From Archangiaceae bacterium (GTDB taxonomy: Bacteria > Myxococcota > Myxococcia > Myxococcales > Myxococcaceae), in assembly GCA_016714225.1 (NCBI GenBank), contig JADJNS010000012.1:253422-317421 (forward strand): a stretch of 64,000 nt of DNA. The letters are read 5' to 3'. The translations under genes and the position numbers were made by a program. Below are positions 38,801-52,290 of this stretch, in pieces; within the stretch, counting starts at the first letter, position 1, and every line of letters begins with the position of its first letter. The notes beneath the pieces were generated by a model that saw only the letters and a list, made by a program, of their open reading frames with translations, searched no databases and was not told where the DNA came from.

Positions 38801-39604
38801 CTTGAGCACCGCCTCGCAGAGCGCGGGGCTCAGCTCGCTGCGGAAGGTTGCGGGAGACGGCGGCGCGTCGCGCAGCTGCATCGACATGATGCGCTGCATC
38901 GAGTCGGCGATGAACGGGGGGCGCCCGGTGAGCAGCTCGAACAGCACGCAGCCCAGGGCGTAGATGTCGGTGCGGGAGTCGAGCGGGTCGGCCAACGCCT
39001 GCTCGGGCGCGAGGTAGGCGGGCGTGCCCATCACCATGCCGGTCTGGGTGACCGGCGCTCCCGCCTGCGCTTGCGTGTCGGCCGCCCGCGCGATGCCGAA
39101 GTCGAGAATCTTGGCCACCTCGCTGCCGTCTCGGCGCTTGCCCAAGATGATGTTCGGCGGCTTGAGGTCGCGGTGAATGATGCCCACCCCGTGCGCCTCG
39201 TCGAGGCCTTCGCACACCTGGCAGACCAGCTCGACCGCGCGCTCGGGCGCGAGCGGCCCGTCGTTGCGCACCAGCACGTCGAGGGTGGTGCCCTGCACGA
39301 ACTCCATCGCCAGAAACGGCACGCCCGCCGAGGTGCGGCCGAAGTCGAAGACGCGCACGATGTGCTGGCTCTCGAGCTGGCTGACCAGCTCGGCCTCGCG
39401 CTGAAACCGCGTCCACATCTCGGGGTCGGCGGCGAGGCTGCGCCTGAGCAGCTTGAGCGCGATGGGGCGCTTCAAGAAGACGTGCGCGGCCCGGTACACG
39501 TCGCCCATGCCGCCGGTGGCGATGTGGGCTTCGATCTGGAAGCGGTTGTCGAGCAGCGTGCCGGGCTCGAGGCGCTCTTCGGCCGGCCGGGCGGCGGCGG
39601 GCAT
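35807..39604 (-). CDS. Ser/Thr protein kinase with degenerate cyclase-like region, STAND/AAA ATPase-like domain and TPR repeats
   Basis: 1265 aa. Kinase motifs GGMGDVYRA, IALK, HRDLKPPNIIL, DFGIA, APE. Central P-loop-like VVTGESGSGRTT. C-terminal TPR-like helical repeats. Confidence 0.85.
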   Translation of the reverse strand: MPAAARPAEERLEPGTLLDNRFQIEAHIATGGMGDVYRAAHVFLKRPIALKLLRRSLAADPEMWTRFQREAELVSQLESQHIVRVFDFGRTSAGVPFLAMEFVQGTTLDVLVRNDGPLAPERAVELVCQVCEGLDEAHGVGIIHRDLKPPNIILGKRRDGSEVAKILDFGIARAADTQAQAGAPVTQTGMVMGTPAYLAPEQALADPLDSRTDIYALGCVLFELLTGRPPFIADSMQRIMSMQLRDAPPSPATFRSELSPALCEAVLKMLAKDRTHRFQNVKEVALALRESVKRSVPIPGAFEDWPPPDTALPAAAAEAWPPPAEAVPGTAASDDHWPPPAALAAPPAPVSVPAPVKAEVSSFFAFDTGRLPAAQLEPLRSDPVAAPAEAAHRLEAALDALKVPLAPQLRQRLAAQRLGLEPGTRKLVMLHVELLRAPPETGARALALGRALTVGLEHDGIVDALDEDGLTLLFQGEDALVPGVAALYAALQMREAVADEVPGASLRAAAVFGKISIPETDQPLEGELALRARTLAAKTGAGKIVADRQMALEVQDVVTVAEAGPEVVEVGERRPVLHNVTTLYGRDAVLSALDKRLTSLTQGIVAPVVVTGESGSGRTTVAQELSVRGRHQQAVVGIARALGSTRTLPYAGLAELLCSVCGVPKEQRVQRLPQALEALKLPPPELEAALVIAGVRHVPQPFTPGQAVYALRAVLNLGAVGRKMLLIFDGLEAMDPYTVDAFREMSSRPVQRELTVGLSDPAFAAERFQKVPTLELPPLQSPEAAAMISAWLGGAQVSEKLIETVHRRGRGLPGLMIDWLHLLADRGQLRFVSGAYVLATEPPGYDDAELAAERVKALWPDALRLFETCCLAGDSIDGAVLNAVQPQTPQSAYQRLVASRLVRAMGGRRWSVVSDRYARVGLSMPSPRRPELHTRLAAVLIDAARAAGVQPDAARIAEHFTAAKDTTRALQLWRSVVESALKRRAPREVLQALRGWSDALKVMLESPQAPLEVARARVETLARAAATAVATGEPLLARALVDEGQALATAKNIESGELCLSMARVLRSEARRAKASEALELALRRAQGTALVQLVWAERAEACEAEGDLKGAANAFRQALTNADAAQELARWHSEIDFRARVETRLAGVLLAQKDVTAAKQLYGSALQAWRKTAFPYAEARVLANMGALHVQAKESEEAARCFKEAAAAASRSGDLYFQARQMLNLAKVAKRFEAHAVSKQAAELARRIAGLINWEEGKQQAAAL

Positions 39605-40343
39605 CGCCTGGGTGCCCGTGTCGGGGGCGGCGACCAGAGGGTGACGCCGCAGGAGGCGCGACCGGCGGCGAGGCAGCGGGCGGGGGAGCGGCCGGAGGCG
39701 GCGGCGGGGTGGCGCCGGGCGGAGAGAGCGAGATGCTCTCGGGGGGGCCGATGCCAGGCCCCGAGGGCGCCGGAGGAGGAGGCGGCGGCTCGGCGGGCTC
39801 GGGCGCCTTCGGTGCCACCGCAGGAGCCGGGGGGCTCTCTTCTGGCGGCAGCTCTTCGCCGGTGATGAACGAGGTGGCGATCTTCTCGACCGGGGGCAGG
39901 TCGAGCGCCAGCGCGTCGAGCGCGATGGCCGACTTCAGCGGCCACGACGAGGCTCCGCCGGGGCCGGCCTGGTCGCCCCACGAGAGGTTGGGCGCCACCT
40001 GCTGCAGCACCAGCGGGGTGGGGGCCGAAGGCCGCGGGGGGTTGACCGCCCGCTCGAAGAGCAGCTTGAGCTTGGCCACCGAGTCGGGCGGCAGCTTGAG
40101 CAGGGCGCCGTTCTTGCCGAACGAGTCGACGTCGTTGAAGTCGACGGTCGCGTCGAGGTCGGTGGTGCCGGCGTCGACCGCGATGAGGTGAAGCTTCACC
40201 GGCTGCCCCGAGACCAGCGGCCGGGGCCAGGGCACGAAGCAGCTGCCCTGCGAGAACATGCTCTCCCACATGAGCTGAAACTCGCGCACGTCCTCGAACG
40301 CGAGAGTCATCAGCACCGCCCCTGCCTGTTCGTCCGGCGGCAT
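39605..40343 (-). CDS. PilZ-like (TIGR02266-type) domain plus Pro-rich linker, with no stop codon before the kinase start
   Basis: N-terminus LAFEDVREFQLMWESMFSQGSCFVPWPRPLVSGQPVKLHLIA fits the myxobacterial PilZ-like pattern, followed by ~110 aa of P/A-rich linker. The formal ORF runs to 38601 but becomes Arg-rich out-of-frame junk once inside the kinase gene. Confidence 0.5.
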
Positions 40344-40404
40344 TGCGCGAAACGTGGTTTTCCCACACTACGGGCCCTGCCGGAACTTCACTGCCGGTCG
40401 ACTT

Positions 40405-41922
40405 TCAGGGGCCCCAGAAGTCGCAGAAGGGGGTGCGCAGGCCCTCGCCGGTCGCCAGCGGCTGGTCGAGCACCAGGTAGTCGTCGCGCGCGGGGTCGTA
40501 GCGCGGCCAGTCGACGGCTCCCTGCCCGGCGAAGCGCACCCACGCGTCGGCCACCGCGTCCGAGAGGCGCCGCTCGTCGGGGCTGAGCGGGTACGCCCCC
40601 AGGTTGCGAAAGCCGAACAGCAGGTCGAAGCCGTGCGCGGCGCGGTAGGGGCGAAGCGGGCCCGCCGCGAAGGTGTGGCTGAAGTGCACCCGCCAGACCG
40701 GCTGGCCCGAGCGGCTCAGGGCGCGGGCCGCGGCGCGGCTGGGGCAGATGAAGTAGCGGTCGCCCTCGAGCGCCACCAGCGCGTCGTTCGCCGAGGGGTA
40801 GTCGCTCGCCGGGTAGCGCGCCAGCAACGCGTCGGCGGTGGCCGGGTAGAGCTGGCGGAGCAGCGCCTGGTAGTCGGCCGCCGAGCTCACCGCCCGCGTG
40901 CCGCCGTAACGCCCGAGCTGGTTGGTGAACTCGTCGGCGGTGCTGCTGACGATGACCGGCACCCCGGCGTGGGTGACCGCGGTCTGCGGGTCTTCGACCA
41001 GGTACGTGCCGTCGAGGGTGGGGCCCGCGGTGGCGGTGGTGGCCTGGCCGTCGTTGACCCCGACCGCCAGCAGCTCGTCGACGCTCTTGCCCCGCAGGCA
41101 GGCGGCGACGTCGGCGGCGCCGTCGCAGCCCAGGAGCCGCGCCACTGACTCGCCGCGCCGCTCGGCGGCAGCTTTGGGCTGAGCGCCGCAGCCGCCGCTG
41201 AGCATCATCGCGCTCGAGAACAGCCCCCGCGCGCTCGGCGCGGCGAGCTGCACGCAGGTGCTGGTGGCGCCGGCCGACTGACCGAAGAGCAGCACCCGCG
41301 CGGGGTCTCCCCCGAAGGCGCCGATGTTGTGGTGCACCCACTGCAGCGCCGCGGTCTGATCGCGGTAGCCCCAGTTGCCGGTCGACGCCCCGAGCGCGGG
41401 GTGGGCGAGGAAGCCGAGCACCCCCAGCCGGTAGTTGAGGCTCACCACCACCACCCCGCCGTGCTCCGAGAGCGCGCGGCCGTCGTAGGCGGGGCGCGAC
41501 GCGCCGCCGGTGATGTGCGCTCCGCCGTGAATGAAGACCAGCACCGGTGCCGGCGCCGCGCTGCGCTCGGCGGGCGCCCAAACGTTCAAGGTGAGGCAGT
41601 CTTCGTCGCCCTCGAAGCCGCCATCGGTCGAGCGCTGCGGGCAGTCGGGGCCGAACGCGGTGGCCGGGTGCGGCGCGTCGAAGCGGGCCGGTGGCGCGGG
41701 GGGCGAGAAGCGCAGCGCCCCGACCGGCGGGGCCGCGTAGGGAATGCCGAGGTAGACCCAGGTCGACCCCACCTGCGTGCCGCGCACGGCGCCCTGAGCC
41801 ACCTGCAGCTGGCCGGGCGGCGCGGGCGCGCCGCCGTCGGGCACCGGCGCGGGCAAGGTGGGGAGCCCGGCGCAGGCCGGGGCGAGCAAGAGCAGCGCGA
41901 GCTTCTCGAGCGGGGTGATCAT
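40405..41922 (-). CDS. exported type-B carboxylesterase/lipase
   Basis: ATG at 41922. Signal peptide [36 protein letters not shown], nucleophile elbow FGQSAGA. Confidence 0.85.
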   Translation of the reverse strand: MITPLEKLALLLLAPACAGLPTLPAPVPDGGAPAPPGQLQVAQGAVRGTQVGSTWVYLGIPYAAPPVGALRFSPPAPPARFDAPHPATAFGPDCPQRSTDGGFEGDEDCLTLNVWAPAERSAAPAPVLVFIHGGAHITGGASRPAYDGRALSEHGGVVVVSLNYRLGVLGFLAHPALGASTGNWGYRDQTAALQWVHHNIGAFGGDPARVLLFGQSAGATSTCVQLAAPSARGLFSSAMMLSGGCGAQPKAAAERRGESVARLLGCDGAADVAACLRGKSVDELLAVGVNDGQATTATAGPTLDGTYLVEDPQTAVTHAGVPVIVSSTADEFTNQLGRYGGTRAVSSAADYQALLRQLYPATADALLARYPASDYPSANDALVALEGDRYFICPSRAAARALSRSGQPVWRVHFSHTFAAGPLRPYRAAHGFDLLFGFRNLGAYPLSPDERRLSDAVADAWVRFAGQGAVDWPRYDPARDDYLVLDQPLATGEGLRTPFCDFWGP

Positions 41923-42009
41923 GGCCGCTCGAGACCCGCGGGGCCCGGCGAGGTCAAAGGCGCGGGTGAGTTGTTGCGCGCCCTGAAGGCGAGGCGTAGC
42001 AGTCGCCCA

Positions 42010-43395
42010 ATGAGCGACGCCCGGCAGCCCTCTGACGCACTGGTCTTCTTCGGTGCCACCGGCGATCTCGCGTACAAGAAAATCTTCCCCGCGCTGCAGG
42101 CGCTGGTGCGCCGGGGCCGGCTCGACTGCCCGGTGGTGGGGGTGGCGAAGTCGGGGTGGAGCCTGGCGCAGCTGGTCGACCGTGCGCGCGCCAGCGTCAC
42201 CGAGTACGGCGGGCTCGACGCCGCGGCGTTCGAGAAGCTGGTGAAGCAGCTGCGCTACGTCGACGGTGACTACCAAGACCCGGCCACCTTCGTGCAGGTG
42301 AAGCAGCAGCTGAGGCCGGCGAAGCGGCCGGCGCACTACCTGGCGATACCGCCCAGCATGTTCGCCACCGTGGCGCAGAACCTCACCCAGGCCGGGCTCG
42401 CGCAAGACGCGCGGGTGATCGTCGAGAAGCCGTTCGGGAGAGATCTGGGGTCGGCCAGAGCGCTCAACCGCACGCTGCACGGCTGCTTCCCCGAAGAGTC
42501 GATCTTCCGCATCGACCATTACCTGGGCAAAGAGGCGGTGCAGAACATTCTCTACTTCCGCTTCGCCAACGCGTTTCTCGAGCCGGTCTTCAACCGGCAC
42601 TACGTCGAGAACGTGCAGATCACCCTGGCCGAGAGCTTCGGGGTCAGCGGGCGGGGCAAGCTCTACGAAGAGACCGGGGTGATTCGCGACGTCATTCAGA
42701 ACCACCTGCTCCAGGTGGTGAGCTACCTGGCGATGGAGCCGCCCACCTCGATGTACGCCGAGGCGATTCGCGACGAGCAGGCGAAGGTGCTGCGCAACAT
42801 CGCTCCGCTCGAGCCCAAGGCGCTGGTGCGCGGGCAGTTTCAGGGCTACCGCGACGAGCCCGGGGTGGCGAGAGACTCGAGCGTGCCCACCTACGCGGCG
42901 CTGAAGTTCTCGGTCGAGTCGTGGCGCTGGGCCGGGGTGCCCTTCTACGTGCGCGCGGGAAAGTCGCTGGCCAAGACGGTGACCGAGGTCTTCGTCGAGC
43001 TGAAGAACGCCCCGGGGGTGGTGTTCAGCGAGCCGCCCGCGCCGATGGGCAACTACGTGCGGCTGCGCGTCACGCCCGAGGTGGAGATCGCCATGGGAGC
43101 GCGGGCCAAGGTGCCCGGCGAGCGCATGGTGGGTCAGCCGGTCGAGCTGAAGGTGGTCGAGACCGCAGGGCAGGGCGCGGGCGGGCGCATGGAGGCCTAC
43201 GAGCGGCTGCTCGGCGACGCGATGCTGGGCGACGCCACCCTGTTCGCGCGGCAAGACGTGGTCGAGGCCGCGTGGGCGATCGTCGACCCGGTGCTCGCCG
43301 CGCCCGGCCCGCTGCACCCGTATGCGCCGGGGAGCTGGGGCCCGCCCGAAGCCGATCGGCTCGTCACCGAGATCGGCGGCTGGAACACGCGCTGG
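42010..43395 (+). CDS. zwf: glucose-6-phosphate dehydrogenase (3' end undefined: no in-frame stop until 45075)
   Basis: [33 protein letters not shown]-terminal ...[25 protein letters not shown] is where Zwf proteins normally end. GC3 drops after ~43430. Confidence 0.85.
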
Positions 43396-43638
43396 AGGAG
43401 CGCAGAGTCGAGGAGCGAGCAGGTGGGCCCGCGCACTGCTGTCGTTCGCCAAGGCCCAGCGCGGATCTCCATCGTATTTGGCGCGCGCTGCCGCTCGAAG
43501 CCTGGGGAGGAGGCGCTGCGTCTTCGTGAAGAGCCACGGGGCTCACCCTGCTCGATTTCGCACTCTGGTCGACTCGCTCAGCATGAACCGCTCGAGCGCA
43601 AATTCTGCGCGTTGCCGAAGTTTCTCCCGCATGGTCAC

Positions 43639-45075
43639 GTGACGAACGTGACGTGCCGTCTGTGGCTGCTTCTCGGCGGGTGTTTGCTCGGCTGCCGCGG
43701 CATGGCGCCCGAGCCCGAAGACGCTGGTCGCGATGCGGGTCGCGACGACGGCGGCGCGGCGGGTCAGCCTTCAGGGTGGGACGACGGCGTGAAGCTGAGC
43801 CCGGCGACCGACCTCGACCCCGCCCCGACGGTGGTCGAGGTCTCGCTCGAGGCGCGGGTGGCCAGCGTCGAGCTCGACGGCCACCCCACCGCGATGTGGA
43901 CCTACCAGGGCACCGTGCCCGGGCCGCTGATTCGCGCGCGCGTCGGCGACACGGTGGTGGTGCACTTCAAGAACAGCCTGCCCCAGCCGAGCAGCGTGCA
44001 CTGGCACGGCGTGAAGGTGCCCGCGTCGATGGACGGCCTCGACCCGGTTCCGGCGGGCGGCACGTTCGACTACCGCTTCGTGGTCCCCGAGGCGGGCACG
44101 TTCTGGTACCACCCCCACCTTCAGTCGAGCGCGCAGGTCGGCTACGGCCTGTACGGCGCGCTGGTGGTGTCGGACCCTGGCGAGGCGTTCTTCGGCGACC
44201 CGCTGGTGCTGGTGCTGAGCGACGCCAGCGTGGTCGACGCAGGCGTGCTGGCGCCGGGTGACCAGAACGGCTGGTTCGGCGATTACTTCGGCCGCGAGGG
44301 TGACCTGCTGCTGGTGAACGGCCGGGTGCGCCCCACCCTTCGGGCGCGCGCTGGAGTGCCCCAGCGGTGGCAGGTGGTGAACGCCAGCCGCTCGCGCTAC
44401 TGGGTGCTCGAGGTGCCGGGCGCCACGGTGCGCCGCATCGGGGGCGACGTCGGCCTGGTCGGCACGGTGCAGCCCGGGCAGAACGTGCTGCTGACTCCGG
44501 GCGAGCGCGCCGAGCTGTGGGTCGAGGCGCTGCAGCCGGGCAAGAGGCTGCCGGTGCTGTGGCACGACTCCGACCGGTTTCACATCGGGTCGACGCTGCC
44601 CGACCACACCGTGGCGTGGCTCGACGTGCAGCGCGACGCGAAGGTCGACGGGGCGCGCGAGCCGTCGGGCACGCTGCGCGACGTCTCGCCGCTCGACACC
44701 GCCGATGCCGGCCGGCGCCGCTTCGAGCTGATGGACGTGCCCGACGCCGGCCTGCTGGGCATCAACGGCAAGGCGTTCGACCCCGGTGACCCGCCGGTGA
44801 TGGTGAAGCTCGGCACGACCGAGCTGTGGGAGATCGAAAACTCGACCCCGTACGACCACACCTTTCACCTGCACGGCTATTCGTTTCAGCCGCTCGACGT
44901 AGGGGGGCAGCCCTGGCCCACGTTGGAGTGGAAAGACTCGGTCAACGTGCCGGCGAAGCAGAAGCTGCACCTCGCGGTGCGCTTCGAAGACCGCCCCGGC
45001 ATGTGGATGCTGCACTGCCACATTCTCGACCACGTCGAGCTGGGCATGATGGCGATGCTGCACGTGATGCCCTGA
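43639..45075 (+). CDS. three-domain multicopper oxidase lipoprotein
   Basis: GTG at 43639 or 43648. Lipobox-like [10 protein letters not shown]. Copper motifs [26 protein letters not shown]. Confidence 0.85.
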   Translation: MTNVTCRLWLLLGGCLLGCRGMAPEPEDAGRDAGRDDGGAAGQPSGWDDGVKLSPATDLDPAPTVVEVSLEARVASVELDGHPTAMWTYQGTVPGPLIRARVGDTVVVHFKNSLPQPSSVHWHGVKVPASMDGLDPVPAGGTFDYRFVVPEAGTFWYHPHLQSSAQVGYGLYGALVVSDPGEAFFGDPLVLVLSDASVVDAGVLAPGDQNGWFGDYFGREGDLLLVNGRVRPTLRARAGVPQRWQVVNASRSRYWVLEVPGATVRRIGGDVGLVGTVQPGQNVLLTPGERAELWVEALQPGKRLPVLWHDSDRFHIGSTLPDHTVAWLDVQRDAKVDGAREPSGTLRDVSPLDTADAGRRRFELMDVPDAGLLGINGKAFDPGDPPVMVKLGTTELWEIENSTPYDHTFHLHGYSFQPLDVGGQPWPTLEWKDSVNVPAKQKLHLAVRFEDRPGMWMLHCHILDHVELGMMAMLHVMP

Positions 45076-45129
45076 ACGCGCCTTCGTCCGCGCTTCCCTG
45101 CACCGGCGTCATTGCCTAAGAGGCCAGCA

Positions 45130-47658
<2,529 letters not shown>

Positions 47659-47660
47659 GG

Positions 47661-48176
47661 GTGAGGCGGGCGGCCTGGCTGGTGCTGGTCGCGACCGCCT
47701 GCGGCTACCGCTTCACCGCGCCCGGCGGCCCGCTGCCGCAGGGCATTCGCGCGGTGCAGGCGCCGGTCTTCAACAACGTCACCCCCGAGCCGGCCGCTGA
47801 AGTCTTCTTCACTGAAAGCCTGCGCGAGCAGCTCGCGCGCGCCGGCACCCTGGGTGGCGACGCAGCCGACGCCGTCATTCAGGGCACGGTGGTGGCGGTG
47901 AGCAGCACCCCGATGGCGGTGAACGCCGGCGCGCCCACCTACCGCCTGAGCGCGGTCGTCGACCTGAAGCTCGTTCGCAACGGCCAGGTGCTGGCGGCGA
48001 CGGTGGTCAGCGGCGACGAAGACGTGCTCTCGGGCACCGCCGACCCGGCCGAGCCCAAGGGGCAGCGCTACGACCAGCAGCTCATCGGCACCGAGGCCAA
48101 CCGCCAGGCCGCGCTGCGCCGGCTCGCCGACACGCTGATGCGCGAGGGCTACGAGCGCCTCTGCACCGGCTGGTGA
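47661..48176 (+). CDS. lptE: LPS-assembly lipoprotein LptE-like
   Basis: GTG 3 nt after the leuS stop. Lipobox LVATAC followed by GYRF. 171 aa. Matches the conserved leuS-lptE synteny. Confidence 0.6.
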   Translation: MRRAAWLVLVATACGYRFTAPGGPLPQGIRAVQAPVFNNVTPEPAAEVFFTESLREQLARAGTLGGDAADAVIQGTVVAVSSTPMAVNAGAPTYRLSAVVDLKLVRNGQVLAATVVSGDEDVLSGTADPAEPKGQRYDQQLIGTEANRQAALRRLADTLMREGYERLCTGW

Positions 48177-48210
48177 GGCGCCCCCCCTCGGCGGTGTTAG
48201 AACCACCACC

Positions 48211-48425
48211 GTGAGGCTCTCTGCAACGGCCGCCGTCGCCCTCTTCGCGATCGTCGCCTGCGCCCCCAAGCGCCCACCGAACGTCGAGGTGGTGGTGGCC
48301 GACCCGCCGATGAGCCGCAGCATCGAGGTGCCCGACGGCGGCGGCCCCTTCGACTTCAGCCACCAGGGTGAAGAGAAGAAGCACACCGTCACCGGCGACA
48401 TGTCTCACCTGGTGCCGACCAACGG

Positions 48426-48435
<10 letters not shown>
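48211..48435 (+). CDS. small lipoprotein, function unknown
   Basis: 74 aa. GTG start. Lipobox LFAIVAC. Confidence 0.45.
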
Positions 48436-50195
<1,760 letters not shown>

Positions 50196-50313
50196 AACCG
50201 CGAGGTAGGTCGAATACCCGCTTCAGAAGTGAAGCGTAGTGAAGGCGCGCAGGTGTTCCTACCCGGGGGTTCGAATTCCCGAATTGGTTCGCAGGTGTGG
50301 CAAGACGCGGCGC

Positions 50314-52158
50314 ATGGTCTCTCGCACCCAGCGCTCGGCAGCTACCGCTTCTACCAGCACGCCCACCTCTACCGGCGTCGACGCCGCCACGGCCAAGGCC
50401 TGGGCGAAGAGCCTCGACTTCAACGGCGAAGGCATCAAGAAGCTGCAGGTGAGCGACAAGCAGGCGGCCACCACCGGCCCCGCGCCGCTGCGCGCCGCGT
50501 TTCTGCTCTTCAAGAGCTGGGAGCAGAACGACCTGGGCGACGCGCGCGAGTTCGCCACCAGCGTGGGCGGCAAGAAGCTCTACGCGCTGCACACCACCAC
50601 CGACGGCGACGCCGGCTACCTCGAGCTGTTCGACGGCCGCGGCAGCCTGCTGGCCAGCGGCGTCACCGGCTTTGCGCCGGACGGGAAGGGCGGCTTCAAG
50701 CCCAGCGTGAAGTGGGACCGCAAGCCCGGCGCCGAGCGCGAGAACCTGGCGCCGTCGAACATCAGCCCGTCGGTCGTCGCGTACCACGCCGACCTGAAGG
50801 CCGCGCAGCGCGCCCGCTCTGAAGGCGGCGCCACCGTCACCACCGCCGAGCTGCGCGGCGCCGGGAAAGAGCTGGTCGGTGACGAGCTCACCGTGCGCTC
50901 GATCGACGGCTACGAGAACGCGGCGCTGCGCCGCACCCTCGCCGACGGCGACGTCTCGCTCACCGCTTCGGCGCGCACCCTGGGCAAAGAGCTCGCCGAC
51001 CTCTACTCCGAGCGCGACCCGGTGCAGCTCAAGAACCTGCAGGCCAAGACCGGCCCCGCGGCCACCGGGCTGCAGTCGGCCTGGGCCCAGAGCGCACAGT
51101 TCGCGTCGGCCGAGCTGCCGTCGGGCCGCACCACCGACGAGATGGCGATGCTGGCGCTCACCCAGCAGGGTTTCCAGCAGCAGGCCACCCAGGTGGTGCC
51201 CGCCACCCGACCTCAGGCCGTCGCCGCGCTCGTCGCCTCGGGCGCCTCGAGGGCCGACGCCACCGCCGCGGTGAACAAGCTGCTCCAGCGCAAGGACGCG
51301 CTCTACGCCGGCAAGACCTTCGTCTTCGATGCCAACGGCTCGCCCACCGAGACCGGCACCGCCGTGTTCGCGGTGACCGAGTCGCGCCAGCGCCTGGCCT
51401 CGCTCTACGTGCCCACCGCCGCCCCGCCGCCGCCTGCCAACCCCGGCGTCGAGCCGCGGGCCGCCATCGCGAAGCTCACCGGCGTCGACCGCGACGTGAA
51501 GGTGCTCTCGACCAAGGTGCAGGGCGCCACCACGTCATCGCAGCTCGAGTGGTTCGCGCCGCGCGTCGGCTTCATGCGCGCCACGCTCGAGCAGACCGCC
51601 GGCAAAGACGACCAGGTGAGCGGCCTGCAGATCCCCGCCACGCTCGAGCAGAGCCTCAAAGATCTGCACGAGCAGCGGCTGTCGGCCTGGGCCGGCAAGC
51701 CGGTGACGGTGGCCGGCTGGGTGGGGCGCGACGACGCCCGCGGCCCCGGCTTCGTCATCGCCTACCGCGACGCCAGCGCGCCGCTCGCCCGCCTGCAGGT
51801 GGCCGAGATGCGCATCACCTTGGACCCCAACACTCTCGACCCCATCGTCACCCTCACCAAGAAGGTGATCGGCGCCGGCGAAGAAGAGCTCGAGCGCGAC
51901 CTGGCGCTGAACGTGCTGCGCGAGAGCGCCCATCAGCTGCTCGAGCGGGCCAGCGCGAGCGACGTGGCGCGCCTCGAGGTGGCCCTGCGAACCTCTTGGG
52001 TCGAGCCGCAAGATCTGCCCAGCCTGCGCCGCAACTCGCCGGTCGGCTTCGACAGCGCCACCGACCAGCTGCAGCTCGAGCTCGCCCAGGTCTGGGGCGA
52101 TCAGGCGATGTTCGCCACCTTCCAGAAAGACGGCCAGATTCGCCTCGACGAGAGGTGA
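50314..52158 (+). CDS. 614-aa hypothetical protein with no recognisable domain or signal peptide
   Basis: Long ORF with strong GC3 bias. S/T-rich N-terminus. ATG at 50314, with an alternative GTG at 50239. Confidence 0.6.
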   Translation: MVSRTQRSAATASTSTPTSTGVDAATAKAWAKSLDFNGEGIKKLQVSDKQAATTGPAPLRAAFLLFKSWEQNDLGDAREFATSVGGKKLYALHTTTDGDAGYLELFDGRGSLLASGVTGFAPDGKGGFKPSVKWDRKPGAERENLAPSNISPSVVAYHADLKAAQRARSEGGATVTTAELRGAGKELVGDELTVRSIDGYENAALRRTLADGDVSLTASARTLGKELADLYSERDPVQLKNLQAKTGPAATGLQSAWAQSAQFASAELPSGRTTDEMAMLALTQQGFQQQATQVVPATRPQAVAALVASGASRADATAAVNKLLQRKDALYAGKTFVFDANGSPTETGTAVFAVTESRQRLASLYVPTAAPPPPANPGVEPRAAIAKLTGVDRDVKVLSTKVQGATTSSQLEWFAPRVGFMRATLEQTAGKDDQVSGLQIPATLEQSLKDLHEQRLSAWAGKPVTVAGWVGRDDARGPGFVIAYRDASAPLARLQVAEMRITLDPNTLDPIVTLTKKVIGAGEEELERDLALNVLRESAHQLLERASASDVARLEVALRTSWVEPQDLPSLRRNSPVGFDSATDQLQLELAQVWGDQAMFATFQKDGQIRLDER

Positions 52159-52290
52159 CGAAAATGAAGCACGGCGGCCTAGAGGGCGCCCCGTGAGCCC
52201 GCTTCACTTTTGAAAGGTGGGCTCACCGCCCACGTGCCACAATTCGCGCGCTTGCCGCCGGGCCCTGCAGTTGCTCTGGGGCACTGCCGC

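Noticed and set aside
41329-45075. A genuine 1248-aa protein, or a G6PD-multicopper oxidase fusion, spanning the whole ORF.
   Set aside because: The 5' 680 nt lie antisense to the esterase gene and translate to junk. The zwf-MCO spacer has non-coding GC3. The MCO carries its own lipoprotein signal peptide. A cytoplasmic/exported fusion makes no biological sense. The fusion idea is rejected, and the missing stop is kept as a finding.
50286-50314. Sigma-54 promoter (TGGCA-N-GC) in front of the 614-aa gene (TGGCAAGACGCGGCGCA), and a similar TGGGGCAC...GC upstream of the KAS III gene at 52277.
   Set aside because: The GG-to-GC spacing is off by one in each case. Both candidates sit directly on the start codons, leaving no room for a 5' UTR. 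A proper PWM scan is needed.
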